From the NCBI GenBank assembly GCA_964427875.1, contig CAYRVX010000009.1, positions 27,600 through 91,599 of the forward strand: a stretch of DNA of 64,000 nucleotides, in the 5' to 3' direction. The DNA comes from an uncultured Planctomycetaceae bacterium. Its GTDB lineage: Bacteria > Planctomycetota > Phycisphaerae > SM23-33. Shown here piece after piece: positions 26,926 to 36,893 of the stretch. Under the pieces are notes generated by a model. It did no database searches and was not told the origin of the DNA. It worked only from the letters and a program-made list of their open reading frames with translations. How positions within the stretch are numbered: position 1 is the stretch's first letter; each line of letters begins with the position of its first letter. The position numbers and the translations under genes are program-made.

Positions 26926-29505
26926 TCATTCGCCAATTCCCCGTGCCGTTCGGAACTCCATCCGGCTGAGCCTCTGGAGCTGCACGACGGTGAAGCCGAT
27001 CAGCATCGCCCCGAGCACCCACGCCATCGCCGTGGCGGGCCCGAAGCGCAGGAACGCGAACGCCTGCCAGTAGATGTGCAGCCCGACGACCTCGGTCCGC
27101 CCGTACGGCGTGTACGGGCCGCCCCCGGTCATGGCGAGGATCAGCCCGCCGCCGGTCTTCATCACGCCGATGATCGCGCCGATGAAGTTGATCATGATCA
27201 GCGCCTTGATGCCGGGAACGGCGATGTGGCGGGCCTTCGCCCACATGCCCGCCCCGTCGATGTCCGCCGCCTCGTACAGCTCCTCCGGCACGGTCTTCAA
27301 GGCCGCGAGGTAGATCAGGCAGCCCGGGCCCATGCCCGCCCAGATCGTCGGCAGCAGGCAGCAGAACAGCGCGAAGTCGGACTTGAGCCACTGGGTCGTC
27401 ACCTCCGCCATCTCGACGCCGGGAATGAAGTTCAGCACCCAGATCGCGCCGTTGACGAGCGTGTTGATCGTGCCGTAGCGCCCGTAGAAGCCTCGCCAGA
27501 GGAAGATCGTCACCACCCCCGCGAGCACGGCCGGCAGGTAGTACACCGTGCGGAAGAGGATCTTCCCCCGGGGCACCTCGGTGAGCAGGAAGGCCAGCAC
27601 GATCGGCGCGCCGAAGCCGAAGACGATGAACAGCAGCGTGTACTGGAGGGCCACCCACATGGCGTACCAGAACTCGTCGTCGAACAGGACGTTGGCGAAG
27701 TTCTCCATGCCGATCCACTGGCTGAAGCCTCGGACGTTGTAGTCCTGGAACGCGATGACCGTCCCCCGCAGCAGCGGCCAGTACCGCCACAGCAGGATCG
27801 TGCCCACCGCCGGGATCAGCAGGATATAGGCCCACTTGAACCGCCCGAACTGCCAGGAGCCCTTTCGCCCCGGCTCGAGCAGCTCGGCCTTCGAGAAGAC
27901 CTTGAAGACGCGGTAGAACACCGCCGCGAAGACGAGGAAGATCACGATGGCCGTGCCCATCGCCACGTTGTTTCGGAACCGCCGCTGCTCGGGCGTGAGG
28001 ATGTTGAGCATCTTCTCGTTGCTGCGGCGGACGCGCCCCTTGAGGATCTCGCGGATGCGGTCCTTCGCGGCGGCGGGGTCGTTGGTGTTGATCGCCCGCT
28101 CGATCGTCTCGTCCACGCAGATCTGGTCGATGGCCTTCGAGACGTACGTGTAGACCTTCTGGCAGTTCCGGCCGTACGGCTCCGGAATGCCGTGTTCCAG
28201 CGCGATCTGGGCGGACTCCTCCCAGCCCTTCGGGACCTGGCGGACGTACTCGGGGTAGCCGACCTTCTCCAGCAGCCTCGGGCGGACGTACCGCCCCTGG
28301 CCGTTCTCGATCATCGTCCGGGCGCGGATCTCCCGCGATTCCGGGCCGTCGAAGAAGCGAATGTACTCCCAGGCGGCGTCGCGCCGGACGGGGTCGTCTT
28401 CCAGCCCGGCGTAGATGCCGACCATCCGCGAGTTGAACTCGGCGCCCCGCAGGCCCGTGGGGCCCTTCGGCACGGGGCCGAAGCCGTACTGCGCCGGGTC
28501 ACGCTCCGCGAAGAACCGCTGATCGAGGTACTGGAACTCCATCCCGCACTTCTCTTCGCCGGTCATCTGGGCCTCGCCCACGTAGACCACCCCCGTGAAC
28601 GTGCCGTGCTCGTTGGTGAACTTCTCGAGGAAGAACCGCGCCACGAGATAGTAGGCCTCGACGGCCTCCTCCGAGTCGAACACGCACCGCCACCGGCCGT
28701 TGGCGTCCTGCTCGACGACCCGCCCACCGAGCGAATAGAGAAAGCTCAGCGTGCTCCAGCCCAACTCCTCCAGGGAGATCTTCAGACCGTAACGGTCTTC
28801 CCTGGGGTTGGTGAGCTTGCGGCACCATTGGAGCATTTCCTCGATGGTCTCGGGCACGCGGTCGGGCAGGCCGGCCTCGAAGAACAGGTCCTTGCGATAG
28901 AACAGCGCGATGAAGTCCGGGCCGATGGGGAAGCACCAGACGTGCTCGTGCCTGGCGGGCACGTCGCCGCCGCAGTACGGGCAGTCGCGGCCGTAGGGAC
29001 ACTCGCGGCGCATCACCTGCCAGCACTGGTACGGCACGCGGTCGGCGATCTGGCGGTCGTAGTTGGCCCCCTTCTTCAGCTCGCGCAGGTAGTCGTCGAG
29101 CTTCAGCAGGTGGCCGTTGGGAATGTCGACGCCGGAGAGCCTCTCGACGTACTCATCCAGCGGATAGAGGAACTTGCTGCGGATGTACGTGTCGGACTGG
29201 CGGAAGTTGACGTACAGGACGTCCGCGGCGATGTCACCGGCGATCTGCATGAGGGGGATGATGTCTTTCGTGGAGCGCCCGGGGATCTCCAGCCCCGCCG
29301 TCGAGACCGGTTCGACGGAAGGGAACTCCTGCCGGAACGCCTCGATGATCCTCCGACCGGCCAGTGCGTAGAGGTCGTTGGCCGTGTGCATGGGCACGCC
29401 GTGGGCGCGGAGCGTGATCTTCGGGGCGGCCTCATCACCGTGCACGGCGGCGGTTGGCATCAGGGCGATCGACAGACATGCGCAAGCAGCCGTGCACCTG
29501 TTCAT
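26926..29505 (-). CDS. fused extracellular solute-binding domain plus ABC transporter permease (MalF-like)
   Basis: Signal peptide MNRCTAACACLSIALMPTAAVHG. Long SBP-like N-terminal region, then 6 TM helices with EAADIDGAGMWAKARHIAVPG (EAA loop). Confidence 0.75.
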   Translation of the reverse strand: MNRCTAACACLSIALMPTAAVHGDEAAPKITLRAHGVPMHTANDLYALAGRRIIEAFRQEFPSVEPVSTAGLEIPGRSTKDIIPLMQIAGDIAADVLYVNFRQSDTYIRSKFLYPLDEYVERLSGVDIPNGHLLKLDDYLRELKKGANYDRQIADRVPYQCWQVMRRECPYGRDCPYCGGDVPARHEHVWCFPIGPDFIALFYRKDLFFEAGLPDRVPETIEEMLQWCRKLTNPREDRYGLKISLEELGWSTLSFLYSLGGRVVEQDANGRWRCVFDSEEAVEAYYLVARFFLEKFTNEHGTFTGVVYVGEAQMTGEEKCGMEFQYLDQRFFAERDPAQYGFGPVPKGPTGLRGAEFNSRMVGIYAGLEDDPVRRDAAWEYIRFFDGPESREIRARTMIENGQGRYVRPRLLEKVGYPEYVRQVPKGWEESAQIALEHGIPEPYGRNCQKVYTYVSKAIDQICVDETIERAINTNDPAAAKDRIREILKGRVRRSNEKMLNILTPEQRRFRNNVAMGTAIVIFLVFAAVFYRVFKVFSKAELLEPGRKGSWQFGRFKWAYILLIPAVGTILLWRYWPLLRGTVIAFQDYNVRGFSQWIGMENFANVLFDDEFWYAMWVALQYTLLFIVFGFGAPIVLAFLLTEVPRGKILFRTVYYLPAVLAGVVTIFLWRGFYGRYGTINTLVNGAIWVLNFIPGVEMAEVTTQWLKSDFALFCCLLPTIWAGMGPGCLIYLAALKTVPEELYEAADIDGAGMWAKARHIAVPGIKALIMINFIGAIIGVMKTGGGLILAMTGGGPYTPYGRTEVVGLHIYWQAFAFLRFGPATAMAWVLGAMLIGFTVVQLQRLSRMEFRTARGIGE

Positions 29506-29595
29506 GAAATGACCTCGTCGGCCCGGCTCGGCGCCGGGAATGGACGCCATTGTATCTAATCCGCCGAACGGCGGAAGGTGTTCGGCCCTGGGCGG

Positions 29596-31368
29596 TCACG
29601 CGCGTCTGGCGAGGTCGGCTTCGACGAGTGCTTCTGCTAGCTTCTCGACGCCCCCGTCGGGCGCGCGGCCGACCTCCGCGCGGGTCAGGCGCTCGACCGC
29701 CGGCAGCGTATGCCCGCCGTGCATCCAGAACAGCGCCGCGTTCTGCCAGCGGTTCCAGCGGCTCAGGCCCTCCGTGCGGTCGGCCGGCAGCGTCTCCAGG
29801 GTGCACGTGCCCCACGTGCTGCGAACGCAGCGAGGCCCGCCGGCCGGCAGGTCGTCGAGGGGCTCGGCGTCGGTCGGGCAGTACTGCGCGGCCGCCGCCT
29901 CGTAGACCGACTCGCTGACGCCCCATCGTCCCGGCTCGCGGAGCATCCGTCCGGCCGTCCACCGCCGCAGCCGCTTGGCGTCGTCGCCTTCCGCGGGCAG
30001 CAGGTGCTCGTCGATCCAGCGTGTTGCGGCCGGGAGAAGCGACTTCGTCGTCTCGTCGTCGAGGTGGGCCATGAGGTACGCCCACGCAGCCGTCAGCAGC
30101 GCGTTGCAGCGAAGGGAGACGTCGCAGCAGACCTCGGGCGTATCGGCGCTGGAGTGGTAGCCGGTGGCGCCGCTGCCGGTGCCGAGCCAGAGCGTCGGCG
30201 TGCCGCAGTTGGGGTCGGCGATCTGGTCGTCCGAGGAGGGCGGCTCGCATTCGTTTCGCACGTGATATTCCCCCCCGCTGCGGTCGGCCAGCAGGCGGGC
30301 GATCTCGCCGGCGACGGCCCAGCCGAAGTTCGGCGACGAAAGCGGGCCGAAGTGCACCCCGATCGGCCTCTCCGGCTCGCTGGCGTCGCCGACGGCGTCG
30401 ACGTTCATCCCCGCCAGCGCGCGGAGGCGCAGGGGCGGGTCCGCCGTCGCGAACGCCAGCATGCCGAGGCACTCCTCGGTGGTGATGACGCGGATGCTGA
30501 ACCGCGGGCGCGGCAGCACGCCGGCGTCGATCAGCCCGGCCAGCAGCTCGACCGCCAGCAGGTAGATGCTCACCCCGCTGCAATTGTCGTGGGCCCCCTG
30601 CTCGCAGGCGTGGCCGAACAGCCAGACCTCCCGCGACGGGTCGCGCCCGGGCAGCACGCCCGTGACGCACTGGCCCGTGCCCTCGTATAGCCGGCTCTCG
30701 CAGAAGGCCTCGACGCGCAGGTCCGCCTCGCCGGCCTGTTGCCTTCGAAGCTCCGCGCCGGCGGCGGGGCTCAGGCAGAAGCCCGGCAGCACGGCGTCGC
30801 AGGCGCGGAAGTACCACCCGCCGGGCCCGTCGCCCCACGTGTTGCACCACTTGGTCGTGTTCTCGTCGGCGCCCCGCGTGTCGCCGAGGTAATCGCTGAT
30901 GACGGCTGCGGCGCCGGCGCCCCTGACGCGCTGCTTCATCTCGCGGGGCGGCCCGGCCGTCAGCACGAACTTGCCGGCCACCTGTTGCGGATCGATCGCC
31001 TCCAGCGCGTCGCCGTCGATCACCGCCGCGGCCGTCCGCTCCAGCGGACCCGACCAGTACACCACCGCCTGGGGGCAGGCAAACCGGTCCGCCAGCACGT
31101 GCTCGCCGAGCCGCAGTTGAGCGGCCGGGCAGTCCCATGCCATGTGCGTCGTCCAGTCCTGGTATCGCGTGCGGCCGTCGGCGGCGTAGGGCACGATCCG
31201 CACGTCGCGCAGCCCGGCTTCTTGGAGCACGTCTCGCGCGATCTCGGCCGCCGCCCGCTGGTGGGGCGTGTCGAACCAGCGCTCCTGCTCCCACAGCGCG
31301 GTCAGCAGGTCGCGATGCCGCTGCGCGTCGTATGCGGCGCGAATCGTCTCGATCAGCGACTCGATCAT
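29596..31368 (-). CDS. M28-like zinc peptidase-fold protein (DUF4910-type aminopeptidase-like)
   Basis: GHACEQGAHDNCSGVSIYLLAVELL resembles the M28 metal-binding HxD...D-x-SG segment. 590 aa. Confidence 0.5.
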   Translation of the reverse strand: MIESLIETIRAAYDAQRHRDLLTALWEQERWFDTPHQRAAAEIARDVLQEAGLRDVRIVPYAADGRTRYQDWTTHMAWDCPAAQLRLGEHVLADRFACPQAVVYWSGPLERTAAAVIDGDALEAIDPQQVAGKFVLTAGPPREMKQRVRGAGAAAVISDYLGDTRGADENTTKWCNTWGDGPGGWYFRACDAVLPGFCLSPAAGAELRRQQAGEADLRVEAFCESRLYEGTGQCVTGVLPGRDPSREVWLFGHACEQGAHDNCSGVSIYLLAVELLAGLIDAGVLPRPRFSIRVITTEECLGMLAFATADPPLRLRALAGMNVDAVGDASEPERPIGVHFGPLSSPNFGWAVAGEIARLLADRSGGEYHVRNECEPPSSDDQIADPNCGTPTLWLGTGSGATGYHSSADTPEVCCDVSLRCNALLTAAWAYLMAHLDDETTKSLLPAATRWIDEHLLPAEGDDAKRLRRWTAGRMLREPGRWGVSESVYEAAAAQYCPTDAEPLDDLPAGGPRCVRSTWGTCTLETLPADRTEGLSRWNRWQNAALFWMHGGHTLPAVERLTRAEVGRAPDGGVEKLAEALVEADLARRA

Positions 31369-31369
31369 G

Positions 31370-32290
31370 TCACGGATTCCTCTGATCGGCGACCGTCAGC
31401 GTCGCCCTGCGGACGGAGAAGCAGTCGTTGCCGGAGAAGACCAGGTGGACGGTCCGGCCGTCGCTGCTCATCCACTTCGTGGGGAAGCTGGCCGACTCGC
31501 CGGGGCCGACGTCCCACTTCTCGGTGAGGTAGACTCTCGTCCACGGCCCCCAGGGCTCGGGGGCGTCGTAGACGCCCAGGCCGCCCTTGAATCGCGTGTC
31601 CCGCCCGCCGCCGACCTGGACCCAGAGGTAGCGTTTCAGGGGCGCGTTGTAGCTGACGCCGGAGCGGTAGCACTGGCCGGCGTGCTCGAACACCGCCCCG
31701 CGCCGGCGGATGTCCCTGCTCCATGTGGGGCGGCCTTCCGCGGTGAGCTTCACGAAGAACTCGTACGCCTGCCGGTCGGTGATGCGGCCCTTCGGCGCGC
31801 GGGCGAGGACCATGCGGTCGGAGGGCCTGTAGGCGCTGGCGGCGTCGAACGAATAGACGTATACGTATTCGTCCCGCGCGCCGGCGTAGTCGCGCCCGAA
31901 GTTCAGGAACGTCGGGCAGCCGAAGCCCTCGCGGAACCGCCAGCCGGCCCAGGTCCACGTCCTGCCGCGGTCCTTCGACCAGGCCAGTTGCGAGAGCCTC
32001 GCGTTGCGGACGAGCATGTAGAGCGCCCCGTCGATGCAGAGCATGCCGCTGGCCTTCCTGCCCGACGCGCCGTCGCCGGTCTGCTCGCCGGTGGGCGAGC
32101 GGATGTTGACGCCGCGAAAAGCGTCGGGCGGGCCCTCCACGCGGGCAAGGCCCAGGCTCAGCTTGCCCTTGACCTTCGGCTCGAAGCCCCAGCCGTCCCC
32201 GTAGGCCGTGTACAGGTGGCCGTCGTCGCCCCACGTGACCGGCCAGTTGTCGCTCCCGGAAGCCTTGCGGATGATCGTTTCCCTCGGCGC
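31370..32290 (-). CDS. BNR/Asp-box repeat (sialidase-like) protein; 5' boundary uncertain
   Basis: Asp-box SKDRGRTW plus WPVTWGDDGHLYTAYGDGWGF. Forms the C-terminal third of the 1095-aa read-through ORF. No canonical in-frame start was found just downstream of the AT-rich repeat, so coordinates are approximate. Confidence 0.4.
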   Translation of the reverse strand, partial: APRETIIRKASGSDNWPVTWGDDGHLYTAYGDGWGFEPKVKGKLSLGLARVEGPPDAFRGVNIRSPTGEQTGDGASGRKASGMLCIDGALYMLVRNARLSQLAWSKDRGRTWTWAGWRFREGFGCPTFLNFGRDYAGARDEYVYVYSFDAASAYRPSDRMVLARAPKGRITDRQAYEFFVKLTAEGRPTWSRDIRRRGAVFEHAGQCYRSGVSYNAPLKRYLWVQVGGGRDTRFKGGLGVYDAPEPWGPWTRVYLTEKWDVGPGESASFPTKWMSSDGRTVHLVFSGNDCFSVRRATLTVADQRNP

Positions 32291-32302
32291 CCACCTCAGC
32301 GT

Positions 32303-32470
32303 CAGAAAAGGGGACAGGCTGCTTTTTTCGTCCCCTCGCCGCCCTCGATCCCCGCCGGGACCGCGGCCACCGGACAGGCGGCGGCCTGGGGCCCCCGAGC
32401 GAGAAAAGTAGCCTGTCCCCTTTTTTTTCTCTGGCTCCCCCGAGCGAGAAAAGTAGCCTGTCCCCTTTTT
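32303..32470. repeat. AT-rich element: two tandem copies of a ~38-bp unit plus an upstream inverted partial copy
   Basis: cccccgagcgagaaaagtagcctgtcccctttttttt (32393-32430) repeated at 32440-32470. Inverted copy aaaaggggacaggctgctttttt at 32303-32328. Strongly AT-rich within a ~70% GC context. Confidence 0.8.
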
Positions 32471-32479
32471 CTTCGCGGC

Positions 32480-33413
32480 CGCGACGATGGGGTTGAAGAA
32501 GGGCGCGAGCTTGCCGTAGTGCGATCCCCGGCTGCCCTTGAGGCTCTTGCCGGCCCGGGCGGCAACGATGTCCAGGCTCGGCATGACGACGATCAGGCTG
32601 TCGTAGAGCCCCCACGACCAGTACGTATCGCGCGGCACGTTCTTGAGCGTCCCGTCGGAGTTGTTCCACCACAGCAGGCCGTAATGGCTCGACGCGCCGG
32701 GGTAGTTCTCTGGAAGCACGACGGGCAGGTGCCTGACGGCCTTGGGGGTGGTGCGGCAGGCGGCGACGAACTCCTTCGGGATGATCTGCTTGTCTCCCCA
32801 CCGCCCCTGGTGCAGGTACAGCAGCCCGATGCGGGCCATCGCGGCGACGTTCGCGTGAATGCCGCTGCCGAACTCGCGCCGCGCGACGTTGGCGATCTTC
32901 GCCGGACGGTACGCGTTGCGCCGCCAGGTCAGGTCGTCCGGCTTGATGCCCAGCGGCGTGAAGACTCTGTGGAACATCAGCTCCGTCAGGTCGCGCCGGT
33001 AGATGAGCGTGACGCACTCGGCCAGCCAGTTCGGGCCGCTGTCGCTGTAGGACCACTTCGTGCCCGGCCTGAACAGCAGCTTGCTCGTGCCGCCGGGCTT
33101 GTCGTAGCCCGCCGTCTGCGTCGCGAGGTGGAAGATCGTGATCTCGTCGGCCCAGCCGGCGCCGGCCTTGCCGGGGGGCTTGCCCTCGAGCGATGGGTGG
33201 TGCCTCTTTGCCTTGTCGGTCAGGCGGACCTTGCCGTCGCCGACGGCCAGCCCCAATGCCGTCACGCCGATCGACTTGGTCGTCGACTTCAGGTCGTAGC
33301 GTCGCTTCTGGTCGCCCCAGCGCATGACGAGCCTGCCGCTCCGGACGATGCAGCCCGACCCGCCCCCGGTGAGCGCATAGTCCCTCGCCTTCTTGAGAAC
33401 CGCCTCGTCCATG
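32480..33413 (-). CDS. beta-lactamase-fold serine hydrolase (copy B); boundaries approximate
   Basis: Domain parallel to copy A (GCIVRSGRLVMRWGD ... STTKSIGVTALG ... GLLWWNNSDG). Lies between the REPIN and the AT-rich repeat. Candidate start MDEAVLKK at about 33413. Confidence 0.45.
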
Positions 33414-33473
33414 CCGACGTCCGCGGGCGAGGCGGTCAACCACTTGCCGGACGGTACGGAACGTGCGGGCCGA

Positions 33474-33546
33474 GGCCCGCCGCTAAACGACGCGCCCGAC
33501 GCATTCTTCGCTGCCGCGACGTCGGCAGGCTCGTTTAGCGGGCCAG
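33474..33546. repeat. REP doublet (REPIN): gcccgccgctaaacg ... cgtttagcgggcc
   Basis: Same REP core as the copies flanking the RAYT gene. Translated in-frame inside the 1095-aa ORF as AGPLNEPADVAAAKNASGASFSGG. Confidence 0.75.
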
Positions 33547-33559
33547 CTTGCTGGCCGCG

Positions 33560-34657
33560 TTTCTTCCGCCCATCCCTCACCGCCTTGGCCAGCAGCCTGA
33601 ACGCCTCGTTCTCCTTCTGGCGCCCGCGCGTCCCGCCGTCGTTCCAACTGACGATCAGGTCCAGCGACGGCACGATCGCCATCGCGCGAATGCCCCCGTG
33701 CCCGAACGCGCCGAAGGTGTCCGTCGGCGCATCGGGCCAATGGCGCTTGTTCTCGCGGTCCACGCCGTTGGTCCACCACAGCCAACTGTAGCTGCCCATG
33801 TGGTCGGTCTGGTTGTCGGGGATGTTCCGCGAGCCGATGGACCGCTGATGCGGGATCATGTCGGCCGCCTTGTTGCCGGCGCGCGGGACGGTGTTCGGCA
33901 GCGGCTTGCCGGCCGCCATCTTCGTGAACGTCGCGCCGATCAACTGCCTGCCCTTCCACCTGCCCCCGCGCAGGTACAGCAGGCCGAAGCGGCAGAAGTC
34001 GCGCGGGGAGATCCCCACCCGCCCGGGGCGGTTCTTCACGCCGAACGCCATCATCGTCGGCCGGTCCTCGCAGCCGATCGGGGCCGTCAGCAGCCGGCGA
34101 AAGACCTTCTCGTCCGCCGTCTCGTACGTCACGCCGTACACCTTCAGGAACAGCGCGTCCCAGAGGAGCGCCATCTGCCAGTCGTTGTAGGCGTAGGCGC
34201 TCCCGGGGCGCTCGATGAGCCCGTAGCAGGACGTCTGGTTGGCCAGGTGCCGGAAGGTGATCTCGCGGTCCTTGTGGCCGAGGGCGGCGTTGATCTTCGC
34301 CAGGCGCGGCTCGAACTTCACCGCTTTCTCATCCACGCCCGAGAGCTTTCCGTCCTCGACGGCCTTGAAGAGGAAGTGGCTGTAGAAGACCTTGGCGGCG
34401 GAGGCGACGTCTCGCCGCCGGCCGGCGTCGCCCCAGGTGTGGACCATGCAGCCGCCGCGAACGACGCAGCCGCGCCCGCCGACGAAGTCGCTGAAGGCCT
34501 TCAAGGCCGCCTGATCGAGCCCGGCCTCCTGCGGCGAGCGCCTCTGCCAGGTCCTGCCCGGGCACACCTCTTCGCCGAGCAGCGGAAATGGGCTCACGAG
34601 GACCACCCAGGCCGCGCCGAGCCGCCGCAGCCGACGAGAAAACGCTGGTCCGAACAT
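33560..34657 (-). CDS. secreted beta-lactamase-fold serine hydrolase (copy A)
   Basis: Signal-like N-terminus. S-x-x-K motif context (ASAAKVFYSHF), YAYNDW, GHGGIRAMAIVPSLDLIV. The 3' end is set at the REPIN; no stop codon occurs in frame until 31370. Confidence 0.5.
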
Positions 34658-34815
34658 GCCTCACCTCGCACGTGGTTGCGGATGCACCCGTTCTTGAACA
34701 CGGGCCGCTCCGGACACGCACGGTCGTAACCGCTTCGGTCGCGTCGTTCAAGCACTTCCCGGGCCCGCAGGCCGACTGTTGCGTAACGGGTCGATTCGGA
34801 TACGCTGGTAAGCAC

Positions 34816-35634
34816 ATGCCGGACAGACGGACGCTATTTCGGACGCACTCGGTGCTGCTGCCCGCGGCGATGATGCTCCTGCCGGCGGGCTGCAAAAAGG
34901 AGAATGCCCCCGCGGGCCCGCCCCGGCCGGGCGACGCCGTCACCAACGCGATCGGCATGAGGCTCGTCTACGTGCCGCCGGGTGAGTTCACGATGGGCAG
35001 CGGCGTGGACGAGGCCGGCCGGCACGAAGACGAAGTTCAGCACCACGTAACGATCTCGCGGGGGTTTTACATCGGTGCCACGGAAGTAACGCAGCGACAG
35101 TGGCAGCGTATGATGAACTTCAATCGCAGCGAGACGAAAGGCGACGACCTGCCGGCATCGCGGCTGTCGTGGCATCACGCCGAGACGTTCTGTAAGAAGC
35201 TCGGACAGGCCGAGGGGCGGGGCTACCGCCTGCCGACCGAGGCCGAGTGGGAGTACGCCTGCCGCGCGGGCTCGACGGGCCCCTTCGGAGGCACGGGCAA
35301 GCTCGACGAGATGGGCTGGCACATGGACAACAGCGGCGAGCGGCCCCACCCCGTCGGCCGCAAGAGGCCCAACGCCTGGGGCCTGCACGACATGCACGGA
35401 GGCGTATTCGAATGGTGCGCGGACTTCTACGGGCGCGACTATGCGACCGAGGCGGCCACCGATCCGCGAGGCCCGGCGACGGGAAAGTATCGCGCCGCGA
35501 GGGGCGGATCGTGGGGCCACTTCGCCCGCGCCTGCCGCAGCGCCGCAAGGGCGAGCTTCAACCCGGCATATCAACTGGATCAGGTCGGCCTTCGCGTCGT
35601 AATGGAACCGACCGGCCACAGCAACGGGAGATGA
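34816..35634 (+). CDS. formylglycine-generating-enzyme (FGE/SUMF1) family lipoprotein
   Basis: Lipobox LLPAGC. FGE-sulfatase family motifs RLPTEAEWEYACRAG ... NAWGLHDMHGGVFEWC ... RGGSW. Confidence 0.8.
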   Translation: MPDRRTLFRTHSVLLPAAMMLLPAGCKKENAPAGPPRPGDAVTNAIGMRLVYVPPGEFTMGSGVDEAGRHEDEVQHHVTISRGFYIGATEVTQRQWQRMMNFNRSETKGDDLPASRLSWHHAETFCKKLGQAEGRGYRLPTEAEWEYACRAGSTGPFGGTGKLDEMGWHMDNSGERPHPVGRKRPNAWGLHDMHGGVFEWCADFYGRDYATEAATDPRGPATGKYRAARGGSWGHFARACRSAARASFNPAYQLDQVGLRVVMEPTGHSNGR

Positions 35635-35637
35635 ACG

Positions 35638-36843
35638 ATGGTCAGCAAGCGTGAGACGAAGAGGATGGCCCGACGGGAGGTCCTCAAGGGGGTCGCCGCG
35701 GCGACGTTCACCATCATGAGGCCGTCGCTGGTTCGCGGCGCCGAGGCCAACTCGAAGGTCGAGCTGGGCATGATCGGCTGCGGCGGACGCGGCAACTGGA
35801 TCATGAACCTCTTCAACAAGCACAAGGGCTACAAGGTGGTCGCGTGCGCGGACTACTTCAAGGACCGCGTCGACCGCTTCGGCGAGAAGTTCGGCGTGCC
35901 GGCGGACAGGCGGCACACCGGCCTGTCGAACCACGCCAAGCTGCTGGCGGGCAAGCTCGACGCGGTGGCGATCGAGAGCCCGCCGTACTTCCACCCGATC
36001 CAGGCCGCCGCGGCCGTCGAGGCCGGCAAGCACGTCTACGTCGCCAAGCCCATCGCCGTGGACGTGCCCGGCTGCACCACGATCGGCGAGGCGGGCAGGA
36101 AGGCCACCGCCAGGAAGCTCGTCTTCCTGGCCGACTTCCAGACCCGCGCGAGCGCGATCTACCAGGAGGCGGTCAAGCGCGTGCACAACGGCGACATCGG
36201 CCGCCTGGTCAACGGCGTGGCCGTCTACTACTGCGGCTTCATGTTCGGCAAGACGCGGCCCAAGGATCCCGAGGGCCGTCTGCGCAGGTGGTGCCTGGAC
36301 CAGGTGCTCTCCGGCGACATCATCACCGAGCAGAACATCCACGCGCTGGACGTGGCGTGCTGGATCATGGACGCCGATCCGATCAGCGCCGTCGGCACGG
36401 GCGGGCGGAAGCTGCGGACCGGCGACGGCGTGATCTACGACCACTTCAACCTGGTCTACACCTTCCCGAAGGACGTGCCGATCTCCTTCACCTCCCGCCA
36501 GTTCGGCCATGGGCAGGGCGACATCGGCTGCTGGGCCTTCGGCAGCCGCGGAACGATCGACACGCACTACTTCGGCACCGTGAAGGTCCTCGGCGACACC
36601 CCGTGCGCCGGCGGGAAGATGGCCAATCTCTTCACCCAGGGCGCCGTGAACAACATCGCCACGTTCCACAAGTCGATCACGGGAAGCGTGTACCACAACC
36701 CGACGGTCGCGCCCAGCGTGCGGAGCAACCTGACGACGATCCTCGGCCGCATGGCCGCCTACACCGGCAGGAAGGTCACCTGGGCGGAGATGATGAAGGC
36801 CAACGAGAAGCTCGACGCGAAGCTCGAAGGCCTGAAGGCGTGA
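35638..36843 (+). CDS. Gfo/Idh/MocA-family oxidoreductase with twin-arginine signal
   Basis: RREVLKGVAAATFTIM (Tat motif), GMIGCGGRG Rossmann motif, AKPIAV/EKP-type motif. Confidence 0.85.
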   Translation: MVSKRETKRMARREVLKGVAAATFTIMRPSLVRGAEANSKVELGMIGCGGRGNWIMNLFNKHKGYKVVACADYFKDRVDRFGEKFGVPADRRHTGLSNHAKLLAGKLDAVAIESPPYFHPIQAAAAVEAGKHVYVAKPIAVDVPGCTTIGEAGRKATARKLVFLADFQTRASAIYQEAVKRVHNGDIGRLVNGVAVYYCGFMFGKTRPKDPEGRLRRWCLDQVLSGDIITEQNIHALDVACWIMDADPISAVGTGGRKLRTGDGVIYDHFNLVYTFPKDVPISFTSRQFGHGQGDIGCWAFGSRGTIDTHYFGTVKVLGDTPCAGGKMANLFTQGAVNNIATFHKSITGSVYHNPTVAPSVRSNLTTILGRMAAYTGRKVTWAEMMKANEKLDAKLEGLKA

Positions 36844-36893
36844 TGCGCCCCGGCATCCGCTCCGATACGGACGAAGGCCTGGGAGGAAGCAAG

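Noticed and set aside
35844-36893. 5' 350 codons of the 1219-aa track ORF
   Set aside because: Overlaps the well-supported Gfo/Idh/MocA gene (35638-36843) in another frame and is R/G/P-rich. The true start (atg 36894) has a good RBS and signal peptide.
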